From a virus: a stretch of DNA of 64,000 nt. Every line of letters begins with the position of its first letter. Position 1 is the stretch's first letter. A model generated the notes under the pieces. It made no database searches and was not told the DNA's origin. It worked only from the letters and a program-made list of their open reading frames with translations. This document shows positions 1 to 8,920 of this stretch, in pieces. Both the position numbers and the translations under genes were made by a program. Where the stretch lies: the UHGV virus genome UHGV-0072281; one strand, given 5' to 3'.

Positions 1-103
1 GGCAGCGGCTGCGCCTACCAATAGCTTCGGTTCTTTCGGTAGCTTTGGTGCTCCTGACAATATTTCCACCACAGGCGGTGTATTCGGCGCTTTCGGCGAG
101 TAA
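1..103 (+). CDS. 3' end of an upstream gene (partial) with an FG-repeat C-terminal tail
   Basis: Frame 2 is open from the window edge to TAA at 101-103. It reads AAAAPTNSFGSFGSFGAPDNISTTGGVFGAFGE, with 5 FG dipeptides in 33 aa. Confidence 0.6.
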   Translation, partial: AAAAPTNSFGSFGSFGAPDNISTTGGVFGAFGE

Positions 104-122
104 AAATATCAAGGATTAATAA

Positions 123-1502
123 ATGAAAATTATTGAATTCTATAAATCGTTTCTTAAATCACAAGGATTCGATTTCGAGAACGATTTGCTTACCCGTGAT
201 GACGGTGAGCCAGCAGAATTTACCTACAACAAAGTGAAGCGCCGCCTGGCGCTTCCAACGTCGGCAATGATTAAGAAAGGAATGGAAGATGACGACGGGC
301 GTGAATGTCAGGCATTCCATCCTCTCTGTGAATCTGTGCTGGCCGGTGAATCGGGCACTATCCGTTTCTTGAAGAAATCCATCAATGCGAATTTGTTCAT
401 TCGTTCCTTTGCGTTGATTGACGCTATTCTGGAAACGGCTGCCAGCGGTAAAGCAATTCGTTCTGCGGCGTACAAGAAGTTCTTAACGGAACAGATTTGT
501 GAAGGGATGAAAGATCCGACGTTTGACGATCGTTTGGTAAAATCCTGGGAAGCAGTTAAACAATACGTTTATGGCTTATTGGAGCGCGATAAAAAGCACA
601 AAGTTACCCAGCTCTTTATTGCATCTGATTTAGTTATCGACGGTGTGAAGTTTAACCGTGTGGCTAATTATCGCCATATGTTCGAAGAAGAATCCTTAGA
701 CGGTACAGCAATGTACTTCTCGGTGAAGCTTCAACGTAAACAGGATAAGGTGATTATTCATCGCCTGCTGACCACTGTGTTCGGTTGGTATCCAAGCGTC
801 ACCGGTTCTAACGATTCCCGTCCGTACTTCGGGTCGTTAGCACGCGGTTGGGCACAGTACGTGGTAAACTACAATAACGTAGTGAAAGGGCTACGTGACC
901 ACACGCCACTGCGTCCGTTAGACGATGAATGGATTTCACAGCTGGACAACATGGAGATTTACGATAATGTCATTCAGACCTTGCCGTATAACACCGGTCC
1001 ACGTTCAGACAATCCTGAGCGTGATACCAGTGCCCGTGAGTTCAGAATTGACAGATCGTCGGCAACGGAACAGATCCCGACGAAGAAGGCGTCTGATGCG
1101 GATAAACCGAACCTGGACGATCCGGTAGAGTTCTTCCGTGCGCGTAAACAACGGATGGCTCCAACGAACAGCTTCGGTAATCTTTCTCCAGCAATGCAGC
1201 GTTTTGTGGAAGAACACAACACGACTAACCTGGCTGGTACAGGAATGGTAGGACGGATTTCTGTAGTAGATGCTTTCGGTGGCGAGCGTAAGAACAGCGG
1301 TTTTGGTGACGTAGGTGGATTCGGTCAACCGAACTCGTTGTCGAATACGTTTGGTGGTGGGCACTCTTTTGGCGGGGGTTCATCATTCGGAGGCAGCTCT
1401 TTCGGCAGCCAGCCTCAGTTTGGTTCGTCTAGCGGATTTGGTAGTAGTACAGGCAACCCATTTACCAGTGCTTCTACGAGTCCGTTTAAGAGCTCGTACT
1501 AA
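123..1502 (+). CDS. hypothetical protein: N-terminal region of about 345 aa plus an FG-repeat, Gly/Ser-rich tail of about 115 aa
   Basis: 459-aa ORF with AAGGA upstream of the ATG. The tail carries 10 FG dipeptides and is followed by a strong hairpin terminator. Confidence 0.85.
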   Translation: MKIIEFYKSFLKSQGFDFENDLLTRDDGEPAEFTYNKVKRRLALPTSAMIKKGMEDDDGRECQAFHPLCESVLAGESGTIRFLKKSINANLFIRSFALIDAILETAASGKAIRSAAYKKFLTEQICEGMKDPTFDDRLVKSWEAVKQYVYGLLERDKKHKVTQLFIASDLVIDGVKFNRVANYRHMFEEESLDGTAMYFSVKLQRKQDKVIIHRLLTTVFGWYPSVTGSNDSRPYFGSLARGWAQYVVNYNNVVKGLRDHTPLRPLDDEWISQLDNMEIYDNVIQTLPYNTGPRSDNPERDTSAREFRIDRSSATEQIPTKKASDADKPNLDDPVEFFRARKQRMAPTNSFGNLSPAMQRFVEEHNTTNLAGTGMVGRISVVDAFGGERKNSGFGDVGGFGQPNSLSNTFGGGHSFGGGSSFGGSSFGSQPQFGSSSGFGSSTGNPFTSASTSPFKSSY

Positions 1503-1511
1503 GGTAGTAAA

Positions 1512-1539
1512 AAGAAGGGACACTGTCCCTTCTTTTTTT
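1512..1539. terminator. bidirectional intrinsic terminator between convergent genes
   Basis: Near-perfect palindrome aagaagggacactgtcccttctt followed by a T-run. It sits between the stop of 123-1502 (+) and the stop of 1538-1861 (-). Confidence 0.8.
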
Positions 1540-1861
1540 AATCGTCTACGATGGTGCTAAGAATACTGGCGACGACCCCGGCATCTGGAACTATCAGCTC
1601 TGTAATCTCAGGGGTGAAGTTCATAGGGTCTTCCAAGTTATTGAGTAGCATCATTGGGTAGATGATGTTTTCGGCATAACCTTTCAGTTTGCAATAAGCG
1701 TAGAAATTGTGAATCTCAGGATAACTGAATCGTGGGTCTACAGTTTCTACTTTAGTTTGTGGGTGTTTACGCAGAAAATCTGTGTAATCGTGCAGCACTT
1801 TCCAGGTGCTGGTATAGGGCGCAGGTATGATTTCTTTTAGGGTAATAAAATCTTCAAGCAT
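1538..1861 (-). CDS. hypothetical protein (107 aa)
   Basis: ORF on the minus strand, convergent with the upstream gene and divergent from 1925-4165. No recognisable motif. Confidence 0.6.
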   Translation of the reverse strand: MLEDFITLKEIIPAPYTSTWKVLHDYTDFLRKHPQTKVETVDPRFSYPEIHNFYAYCKLKGYAENIIYPMMLLNNLEDPMNFTPEITELIVPDAGVVASILSTIVDD

Positions 1862-1874
1862 AGTTGTTCCTAAA

Positions 1875-1894
1875 TTAAGTGAGATAGATATTAT
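1875..1894 (+). promoter_or_regulatory. candidate phage promoter elements upstream of the RNAP beta-like gene
   Basis: ttaagtgagat (1875-1885) is identical to 29144-29154. gatagatattat (1883-1894) is identical to 43890-43901. Both lie in a 63-nt divergent intergenic region. Confidence 0.4.
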
Positions 1895-1924
1895 CCTACC
1901 GAATCAACCTAAAGGAGCATTAAA

Positions 1925-4165
1925 ATGAAAACGCCAGTTGAGCTATTGAGCAGCGTCGCTGACCGTGAAGTCAATATCGCACAGGTATCAGGTGCAAGGG
2001 CATCGATGGTAGGTAACCATATGAAGTCCTCGGTCCCGATTGACCATCCTGAGCCGTCACCTCACTTTACGGGCGCAGATACCAATTACCACGATTTTCT
2101 GTTTAACGATATTGTGGAAGACAGTGGGAGCATCTGTCATTACACAACTAAGGAAGGTAGACAACGTCGTGCAACGTTTACCCGTTATGGTCGTCGTGGG
2201 GATTCCCGTGCGCTGGAACACGCGATATTCTTCCGTCGTGCAGAATGCCGTATTCCGGGCAAAACAATGATAGACGTTATCGAGATTAACTTTTATACTA
2301 ACCACGATAACGTGTTCTCTTCTGAGAAATGGGAATCACCAAAACTGCGTAGTTTGTTACGTGGTGAAACCGACCAGTTAGAAAAGGATGAAATCCTGAC
2401 GACGATGCCGTGCATGGTGGATGGTGAATTCGCAGACAGTGTGGTGCTGCCGACGGTTACCATCTCACACCCAGACATTATCGAGGATTCCTACACGATT
2501 TCCGAAGAAGCGGCACAGAAGCTTCACGGGTATGGGTTGAAGGTTATCGAGAAAACGTTGCGTGAAGACGAATTCTTACTGGATACCTACGGCTATAACG
2601 ATCCCGAGGGGAATCGTGTACCGCGCTATTTCCCAGACGTGGGTGAAGCGATTCGTGATGACGGGTTAGTTATCGCTTCTCGTCGTTTCGATGACCTGTA
2701 CGCAGCGATTGATGCAACCTTAGGGGAAACTCAACACGTTTCTCCGTTCTTCGATAGCTGTGATTACGTGGATGCCGATCCGATACACTATAAAGCACGT
2801 TTGGAAAACAACCACGAACTGATGGAACGTAGCGGAACGCGCATTGTTGATATTCAGGTTTGGCGTGATGAAACGTCGTGCGGTAATGGAACGAATAACA
2901 TTAACTGTACTGAAGAGAACAAACGTGAGCTTGACAAATACGCATTGGCGTTAAAGGACTACTACAATGCGATTGTTCGCTTCTATTTCTCCGTGTCGAG
3001 AGATAAAAACGTTATCTGGTCTCCCAAAGCGTGTGTGTTGCTGGAGAAAGCTTTTGCATCCGAAACGTACGAAGTCTACGCAGAGTTTCGTGAAGAAATT
3101 CGCGGGGTGATTGAAGATGCAATTCGTCGTGGCGAATACGGTAAAGAGAACGTAAGTCAACAGATTATCTCCAAATTGACTTCACCTGTTCAGCGTGGAT
3201 TAAGCGATCCCATCAATACGTACACAATTCGTATCGCGGTACGTTATCCGATCCCGGTGACGGTGTCTTCTAAGATTACCGACCGTTCGGGTACGAAAGG
3301 GATTGTGGGTCGTGTACTGCCAGTTGAACAGATGCCAATTAACGAGTTCGGCGAACGTGTTCACGTACTACGTTCAATGAACGCCGTAATTCGTCGTTCT
3401 ACCTACGCCGCGCTGTTCCACATGTATTGGTCAGCAGCATCTGAACAGCTGAAGATGCGTCTTAAACCGATGCTGGATGAAGGACGCATTGGTGAGTGTT
3501 GGGAAATCCTGATGGACTACCTTTCACGCTATAATCCAGAATGGGCGAACACGTTACAGGCTACGCATCCTACGGAGGATTTGCAGCGAGAACTCTTTAA
3601 AGAGATTTACGATTTCACCATCCGCATTTACCTACCTCACGAACTTGATGACACTCCGGTGGAAATCAGTGAACGTTTAGGTGAGTTTAAACCCCGTAAG
3701 TCGAAACTGCTTATTACCAATTACGATGGTAAACAGGAATGGACAAAAGACGAGTTTTACGTGGGTGGTGTAGAAACATTACGGCTTGATAAAACGGGAC
3801 GTGAATTCTCAAGTATTTCGTCGATGTACCTGAACTACCTGGGCACGATCGATGCGTCTAACCAAGGACGTGGTTCGTATCCGGTAAACTATAAAACGCT
3901 AAAATGGGCTGGTCCTTCGGAAGAACGACTATTAGCGGGTTATGGTCCAGGTAACTACGAAGAGGTTCACGATAGGGCAAATAACCCTGCTGTGCATCGA
4001 GAGATTTTAGTAGGGCTGTACCGATCTCAAACTCCTTCCAATCCGGGCGTACTGGTAGACCGGAATAAGCTCCCATTAGGAGATTCGCAGATTGACAGAA
4101 TGATGAAAAACATTCACAGCTGCGAAGGGTTTGAATTGGTGAAAATGAAAAGGGGCGAAGAATAA
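1925..4165 (+). CDS. RNA polymerase beta-subunit-like protein, C-terminal portion (split phage RNAP)
   Basis: By eye, IIEDSYTISEEAAQK resembles the bacterial beta N-x-EDS motif. KITDRSGTKGIVGRVLPVEQMP...VHVLRSMNAVIRRST aligns with GDKxAGRHGNKGVxSxxxPxEDMP...DIVLNPLGVPSRMN. Confidence 0.8.
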   Translation: MKTPVELLSSVADREVNIAQVSGARASMVGNHMKSSVPIDHPEPSPHFTGADTNYHDFLFNDIVEDSGSICHYTTKEGRQRRATFTRYGRRGDSRALEHAIFFRRAECRIPGKTMIDVIEINFYTNHDNVFSSEKWESPKLRSLLRGETDQLEKDEILTTMPCMVDGEFADSVVLPTVTISHPDIIEDSYTISEEAAQKLHGYGLKVIEKTLREDEFLLDTYGYNDPEGNRVPRYFPDVGEAIRDDGLVIASRRFDDLYAAIDATLGETQHVSPFFDSCDYVDADPIHYKARLENNHELMERSGTRIVDIQVWRDETSCGNGTNNINCTEENKRELDKYALALKDYYNAIVRFYFSVSRDKNVIWSPKACVLLEKAFASETYEVYAEFREEIRGVIEDAIRRGEYGKENVSQQIISKLTSPVQRGLSDPINTYTIRIAVRYPIPVTVSSKITDRSGTKGIVGRVLPVEQMPINEFGERVHVLRSMNAVIRRSTYAALFHMYWSAASEQLKMRLKPMLDEGRIGECWEILMDYLSRYNPEWANTLQATHPTEDLQRELFKEIYDFTIRIYLPHELDDTPVEISERLGEFKPRKSKLLITNYDGKQEWTKDEFYVGGVETLRLDKTGREFSSISSMYLNYLGTIDASNQGRGSYPVNYKTLKWAGPSEERLLAGYGPGNYEEVHDRANNPAVHREILVGLYRSQTPSNPGVLVDRNKLPLGDSQIDRMMKNIHSCEGFELVKMKRGEE

Positions 4166-6264
4166 TGAAGGCGACTCCGGTTCACGTAAGAGACTTGTGC
4201 AAGTTGAATTCGGATCAGGTGTGGCTACTTCGGGGCGTTTACGACGTGTCCTTCGACGATGGGGTCACGTTGAGAATGTCTGGTCGACACATTAAGTTGA
4301 GCTGGCCGTATTGGGGATTAACCCAGTTTTATCCCCAAGTGCCAATCTCGTCGAACATGGCGTATAAGCATGGCGACACGGCAACTGACGATGCGCATCT
4401 GCGCTTTATGTCGTTGGCAGCTGTAGCAGCACGTAAGGCCGGAGTGGATCTGGCCGATACCCGTTACCTGTTATCACAGCACGTTTATGCGAATGCGTTT
4501 AACCTGACGGTGAAAAACCTGTTGTCGTATTGTGTTACCATTGACTACGATACGATGATGGAGATTTATCAGCATGAAAACTTCAAGCTGATTATCGAAT
4601 GGTCTAAACTCTATCCGACGGGTTACGATGAGGAGGGTAACGATAAGGTAGAAGAAGCCTATCAGCTCATTGAGAAAATCTTCAAAGATCCGAGACTCTC
4701 AAACAACCCAGTCGTCATGTCTGTGTTAGACCGCACACTGAAAATGGATCAGATTCTCCAGGCTTACATTCGTGGTAAGACTTCAGAGATTGACTCCCGT
4801 GTGTACTCTAACCAGGTATGGGAAGGTTTCTTCACCGGCTTGCATTCTGTTATCAGTCGACTGAAAGAAGCAGGTGCGACATCGCGTTCTCACCTGTATA
4901 ACACCGACAAGATTGCAGACGCAGAGTACGCATCGCGTAAGTTGCAGTTAGCGGCTAACGTGCTGATGTTCTTCGATTACGAAGACTGTGGTACACATCA
5001 CGTACACAGACACACCTTTACGAATTCGCCGTTGGAAGAAGCGAAATTCAAAGCGATGAAAGGAATGCGTTATCGCTTCGAAGGTACTGGTGGTCCGTGG
5101 TTACGATTCGAAGATGGTGAGTTTGAGAAAGTCTTGAACAAACCTATCGAGTTCCGTACCGCGATGTGTTGCAAAGGAATGTCACGACAGACTATCTGTG
5201 CAACGTGTATGGGTGACTTGATTTATAACCTGTCACCTGGCACATCGCCGGGTCACCTTGCGTCAACCGCAATCTCGGAAAAGGGTACTCAAGGTATTCT
5301 GTCGACGAAACACCTTGACTTCCTGCGTTATCTGCTGAACTTGGTCTTGTCGCCAAGAATGCGTGATTATCTCACGGAGTATAAGCACAACTCCGTTAAA
5401 GGGATTAGTTTACTGGAGAAGCCGCAATACGGTACCTGGGATGAATACCAACTAGTAATTTCGGATGAAGTGTATTCAGAGATTAGCCAGATTGCGTATC
5501 ATGAAGACCTGGACGATATTGATGAAACGGCACTCCCGGAAATTAATGACCTTACGTTTGTTCGTTTAGATGCAGAAGGGAATATACTGGCAGAAGATCC
5601 GATTGACGTTCGAATGGGCGTGTGCGGTAACTTCTCTAAGTCGTTCCTTCGCTTCTTCTTGAAGAATCGTGATAAGCTCGTATTCCCCAGCAAGAAAACG
5701 GTGCGTGTTCCGCTAAAAGGATGGAAACCGTCCTGGCCGATCCTAATTTATACGAATCGGTCTGAATCTATGGCGGAGTTTGTAGCAGGGTTGGAATTGA
5801 TTTTACGTTCGGTAGCATCGGACAAGTCAGATAACTTCGAACAGTTCTCGGACGAGTCAATGCGTTTGAGCAAGAAGAGTGGTAAGGTTAAACCGATTAC
5901 CCTCGTTCAGATGCGTGGTGCCACGGAGAAACAATGTACTCATGCGTTGTTCTACGTGTTCAAATATATCCAACGTAAGCTCAAAGGGATTCCGATGACG
6001 CACATCGCGATTATGTTGGCAATCTCTCGTGTTGAGTCACCTACTAACCCATTCCCGGCAGTAGGGTTTGACAGTGAGGATGCTGATGCCGCAGAAGGAA
6101 AACGTTTCGAAGATCACAATACGCTGATTGCGATGCGTTCTGCAATTCCGATGTTGTTGTTTGAGGGACAACAGAAGAACTTGGACAACGTACGTTTCTA
6201 TACGTCACGTAAACGTCCTGCTTCGTTGTACGACAATTCTGTCGCGGCAACGATTATTGAGTAA
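4165..6264 (+). CDS. RNA polymerase beta-prime-like protein, C-terminal portion (bridge helix to trigger loop and beyond)
   Basis: YEDCGTHH, CATCMGD and ISEKGTQGILSTKHLDF align by eye with beta-prime EDDCGT, CxxCYG and GEPGTQLTMRTFH. The ATG overlaps the stop of the beta-like gene (ATAATG). Confidence 0.75.
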   Translation: MKATPVHVRDLCKLNSDQVWLLRGVYDVSFDDGVTLRMSGRHIKLSWPYWGLTQFYPQVPISSNMAYKHGDTATDDAHLRFMSLAAVAARKAGVDLADTRYLLSQHVYANAFNLTVKNLLSYCVTIDYDTMMEIYQHENFKLIIEWSKLYPTGYDEEGNDKVEEAYQLIEKIFKDPRLSNNPVVMSVLDRTLKMDQILQAYIRGKTSEIDSRVYSNQVWEGFFTGLHSVISRLKEAGATSRSHLYNTDKIADAEYASRKLQLAANVLMFFDYEDCGTHHVHRHTFTNSPLEEAKFKAMKGMRYRFEGTGGPWLRFEDGEFEKVLNKPIEFRTAMCCKGMSRQTICATCMGDLIYNLSPGTSPGHLASTAISEKGTQGILSTKHLDFLRYLLNLVLSPRMRDYLTEYKHNSVKGISLLEKPQYGTWDEYQLVISDEVYSEISQIAYHEDLDDIDETALPEINDLTFVRLDAEGNILAEDPIDVRMGVCGNFSKSFLRFFLKNRDKLVFPSKKTVRVPLKGWKPSWPILIYTNRSESMAEFVAGLELILRSVASDKSDNFEQFSDESMRLSKKSGKVKPITLVQMRGATEKQCTHALFYVFKYIQRKLKGIPMTHIAIMLAISRVESPTNPFPAVGFDSEDADAAEGKRFEDHNTLIAMRSAIPMLLFEGQQKNLDNVRFYTSRKRPASLYDNSVAATIIE

Positions 6265-6267
6265 ACG

Positions 6268-6293
6268 AGAGGGGCCTGCGCCCCTCTTTTTTT
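6268..6293 (+). terminator. intrinsic terminator
   Basis: agaggggc-ctgc-gcccctct hairpin followed by a run of 7 T. Confidence 0.8.
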
Positions 6294-6306
6294 GTAAGAG
6301 GGGAGC

Positions 6307-8016
6307 ATGTACGAATTCCACATGACCTTTACCAGCATGGGGGTAAGGGTTGAAGTCCCGTGCCGACAGATAGAGTCGGCGATACTTAAGTGGGCAGAAG
6401 AACATATGCACGCTCCTAAGATGGGCAAGCAATACGGTCGTATATTCACTGAACGTGGCGATCCGTATTACGCGCATATACCTTCTCTCCGCTCGTTTAT
6501 CTTCCACAGGAACTTTTCTGAGCGTTTACGCATTATTATTAATCGTACGGCCACCGAATTTGGCATTGAGTATAAGCTTTACGAGCATTACTTAACGCAG
6601 GGAACACCTTATCGGTGTAAGTTTGAAAACTACGGCTTTAAGATGGTGGAGGACGATGAGAATTCACGTTTCTTTTACCAGAATGCTGTGGTTGAAACGG
6701 CTTGCGAACCAAATCGTTTTCAAACCATCTTTGAAATTGGTACAGGGATGGGTAAGTCGAAAACGAACATGAAAGTAATGGTACGTAAGGGTGTCAGGAC
6801 GCTACTGATTCACCGTCCGACGTACATCTCAAAATGGTTGTTTGATTTAACTGAAGACCCAACGGGTTTACGTGAGTCGAAAGATGATGTTTTGGTTATC
6901 CAAGGCGTTCAGGCTATCTACGAAGCGTTAGAGATGGGGGAATCAGGCGAATTAGACAAACGTGGGATTAAGGTTATCATTATCTCGACGGTAACGTTGC
7001 AACGATTCCTTAAAGAGTACATTAACACTGCCGCAACTAACCCAGTGAACATTGATGATTTCTACAACACCTTAGGCGTTGGGTTCTTGTCAATGGATGA
7101 AGTGCATGAGCATTTTCATCTGGTGTACATGGCAGGAATAATGCTCAACCCACCACCGTCTGTTGAGATGTCTGCGACGTTACAGCCAGGTGAATCAAAA
7201 GCGTTTTTAGCCGAACGGTATCGAGAGCGTTTTCCACAAGAGTCACGTATATTCATTCCGATTATTCCTGCTGTACACGTTAAAGCGTTGTACTACAGCA
7301 TTGAGAATAAACGGTTTGCGTGGTGGGCGAATAAGATGACGCCGTATAACCACAAGCTATTCGAAGGTAAGTTAATAAGTGAGAACATGCACTTATCTTA
7401 CGCGGATATGGTGTGGGACGTCATCGAGCGAACGTATCTGGCGAGTTACCAGCCTGGTCAGAAAGTGCTGGTGTTGTTTGCAACCGTTGCGATGTGTGAG
7501 TTCTTTACAGAGTACGTGCGAGAGAAACTGGCACAGTCTGATAAGTTCCACGCGCTGATGGTTGCGAAATACAACGCGGGGGATTCGTATGACGACTTTA
7601 TTCAAGCGGATTTCTCGATTTCAACACCAGGGAAAGCAGGCACTGCGGTTGACAAACCGGGGTTGGTCCACATGTACATCACAACGCCTGTGGAAGACCA
7701 GCAGTTAAACCGTCAGATGGCCGGTCGCCCGCGTAAGATACTTCACAACGATTGGGGTGAACTCGATCCCGTTGTGTGGTTATTCCATTCACTCTCGATA
7801 GGGAAACACTGCAATTACTTGAATGCGCGTCAAAAGTCGCTTAGTGATTCTGTGTTGTCGTTTAAGATAGCTTCTTCACCGTATGTTGTAAGGAAAACCA
7901 ATGTTACTACCGCCGCAGCCGACCGAGCCAACAGCACCGTATGCCGGGCTGAACTTAGCAAGTTTTCTCGAAAAGGTTTTAAAGGCATACCCAGACGTCG
8001 AAAACGTCGTCGATAA
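6307..8016 (+). CDS. superfamily-2 (DExH-type) helicase
   Basis: Walker A GTGMGKS and Walker B/DExH MDEVHEH. The C-terminus is polybasic (PRRRKRRR) and overlaps the next gene by 116 nt. Confidence 0.75.
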   Translation: MYEFHMTFTSMGVRVEVPCRQIESAILKWAEEHMHAPKMGKQYGRIFTERGDPYYAHIPSLRSFIFHRNFSERLRIIINRTATEFGIEYKLYEHYLTQGTPYRCKFENYGFKMVEDDENSRFFYQNAVVETACEPNRFQTIFEIGTGMGKSKTNMKVMVRKGVRTLLIHRPTYISKWLFDLTEDPTGLRESKDDVLVIQGVQAIYEALEMGESGELDKRGIKVIIISTVTLQRFLKEYINTAATNPVNIDDFYNTLGVGFLSMDEVHEHFHLVYMAGIMLNPPPSVEMSATLQPGESKAFLAERYRERFPQESRIFIPIIPAVHVKALYYSIENKRFAWWANKMTPYNHKLFEGKLISENMHLSYADMVWDVIERTYLASYQPGQKVLVLFATVAMCEFFTEYVREKLAQSDKFHALMVAKYNAGDSYDDFIQADFSISTPGKAGTAVDKPGLVHMYITTPVEDQQLNRQMAGRPRKILHNDWGELDPVVWLFHSLSIGKHCNYLNARQKSLSDSVLSFKIASSPYVVRKTNVTTAAADRANSTVCRAELSKFSRKGFKGIPRRRKRRR

Positions 8017-8284
8017 ACTGTGTACCGATCCAACATTGTCCGTAGCGTTCCACTACTATATGGTAACGGAACACTTCGCCGGTATGCAGATTTTCCAACG
8101 TGGTAAATGTTATTACATTACGCGTAACTCCAGTATCCGCAATACCTCGGCCTACGAGCTTTACAGCTGGGTGCTGTGGTCTGAAAACCCTGCGGGCAAT
8201 ATCGATGAAAACCCGAAGGTGGCTTATCGACTATACTCTGAGAAATGGCACAGTTGGGTAGCCGTTCCTCACGATAGCAATTAA
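7901..8284 (+). CDS. hypothetical protein (127 aa)
   Basis: ATG preceded by AAGGAAA at good spacing. The ORF ends just before a hairpin terminator. Confidence 0.6.
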   Translation: MLLPPQPTEPTAPYAGLNLASFLEKVLKAYPDVENVVDKLCTDPTLSVAFHYYMVTEHFAGMQIFQRGKCYYITRNSSIRNTSAYELYSWVLWSENPAGNIDENPKVAYRLYSEKWHSWVAVPHDSN

Positions 8285-8296
8285 AAAGTACAGAAC

Positions 8297-8329
8297 GGGT
8301 GTATATTGTGTACACCCTTTCTTTTTTTG
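8297..8329 (+). terminator. intrinsic terminator
   Basis: gggtgta-loop-tacaccc hairpin followed by tttcttttttt. Confidence 0.7.
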
Positions 8330-8345
8330 TTAAAGGAATATTAAA

Positions 8346-8918
8346 ATGTCACGTCGTAAGAAGAAACCCGCTTATAACCCACGTACTCTGGCGAAAAAAG
8401 AACTTCGCGAAAGCGTGAAATCAGTGTATAAACTACTGGTTATCTTTGAAGAACAGATGAAGATTCTGGCGGAGCGTATCGACAAAGAACGTGAAGTCTT
8501 GGAAGCTCTGGAGGAGCCAGAATACAAAGCCTTTGCTATTAAAGCGTTGGACGAAGCCAAAGCTGCGTTCGTTGGTCTGATGGCAGAAGGTAAAGAAAAA
8601 CTGGGTGCAAAACTTATTGAGATCGATAAGGTTGCGACCAATGCAAAAACCATGCTGGAAAACAACAGCTGGGCGTCTGTGAAAGACGAGTTTAGCGTGG
8701 AAAGCATGAACGTGACCACGTTAGAGACCGAAGCTGTGTGGCTGGGCAAAGATATCCAGGGCGCTGCCATTGAAATCCTGTCGCTGTATAACGGCCGCGC
8801 TGATTTTGTAAAACGCGCTATGCACCAGGGCCACACCTTTGCAGAAGCCTACGAACTGCTTCAACAAGCTGAAGCCGCAGTAAAACAACCCGACACTGAA
8901 GTCGTTACCGAGGTATAA
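8346..8918 (+). CDS. hypothetical protein (190 aa), Lys/Glu/Ala-rich, probably helical
   Basis: ORF with strong codon bias, shown by a long stop-free antisense frame. It is tightly coupled to the next gene. Confidence 0.75.
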   Translation: MSRRKKKPAYNPRTLAKKELRESVKSVYKLLVIFEEQMKILAERIDKEREVLEALEEPEYKAFAIKALDEAKAAFVGLMAEGKEKLGAKLIEIDKVATNAKTMLENNSWASVKDEFSVESMNVTTLETEAVWLGKDIQGAAIEILSLYNGRADFVKRAMHQGHTFAEAYELLQQAEAAVKQPDTEVVTEV

Positions 8919-8920
8919 AG

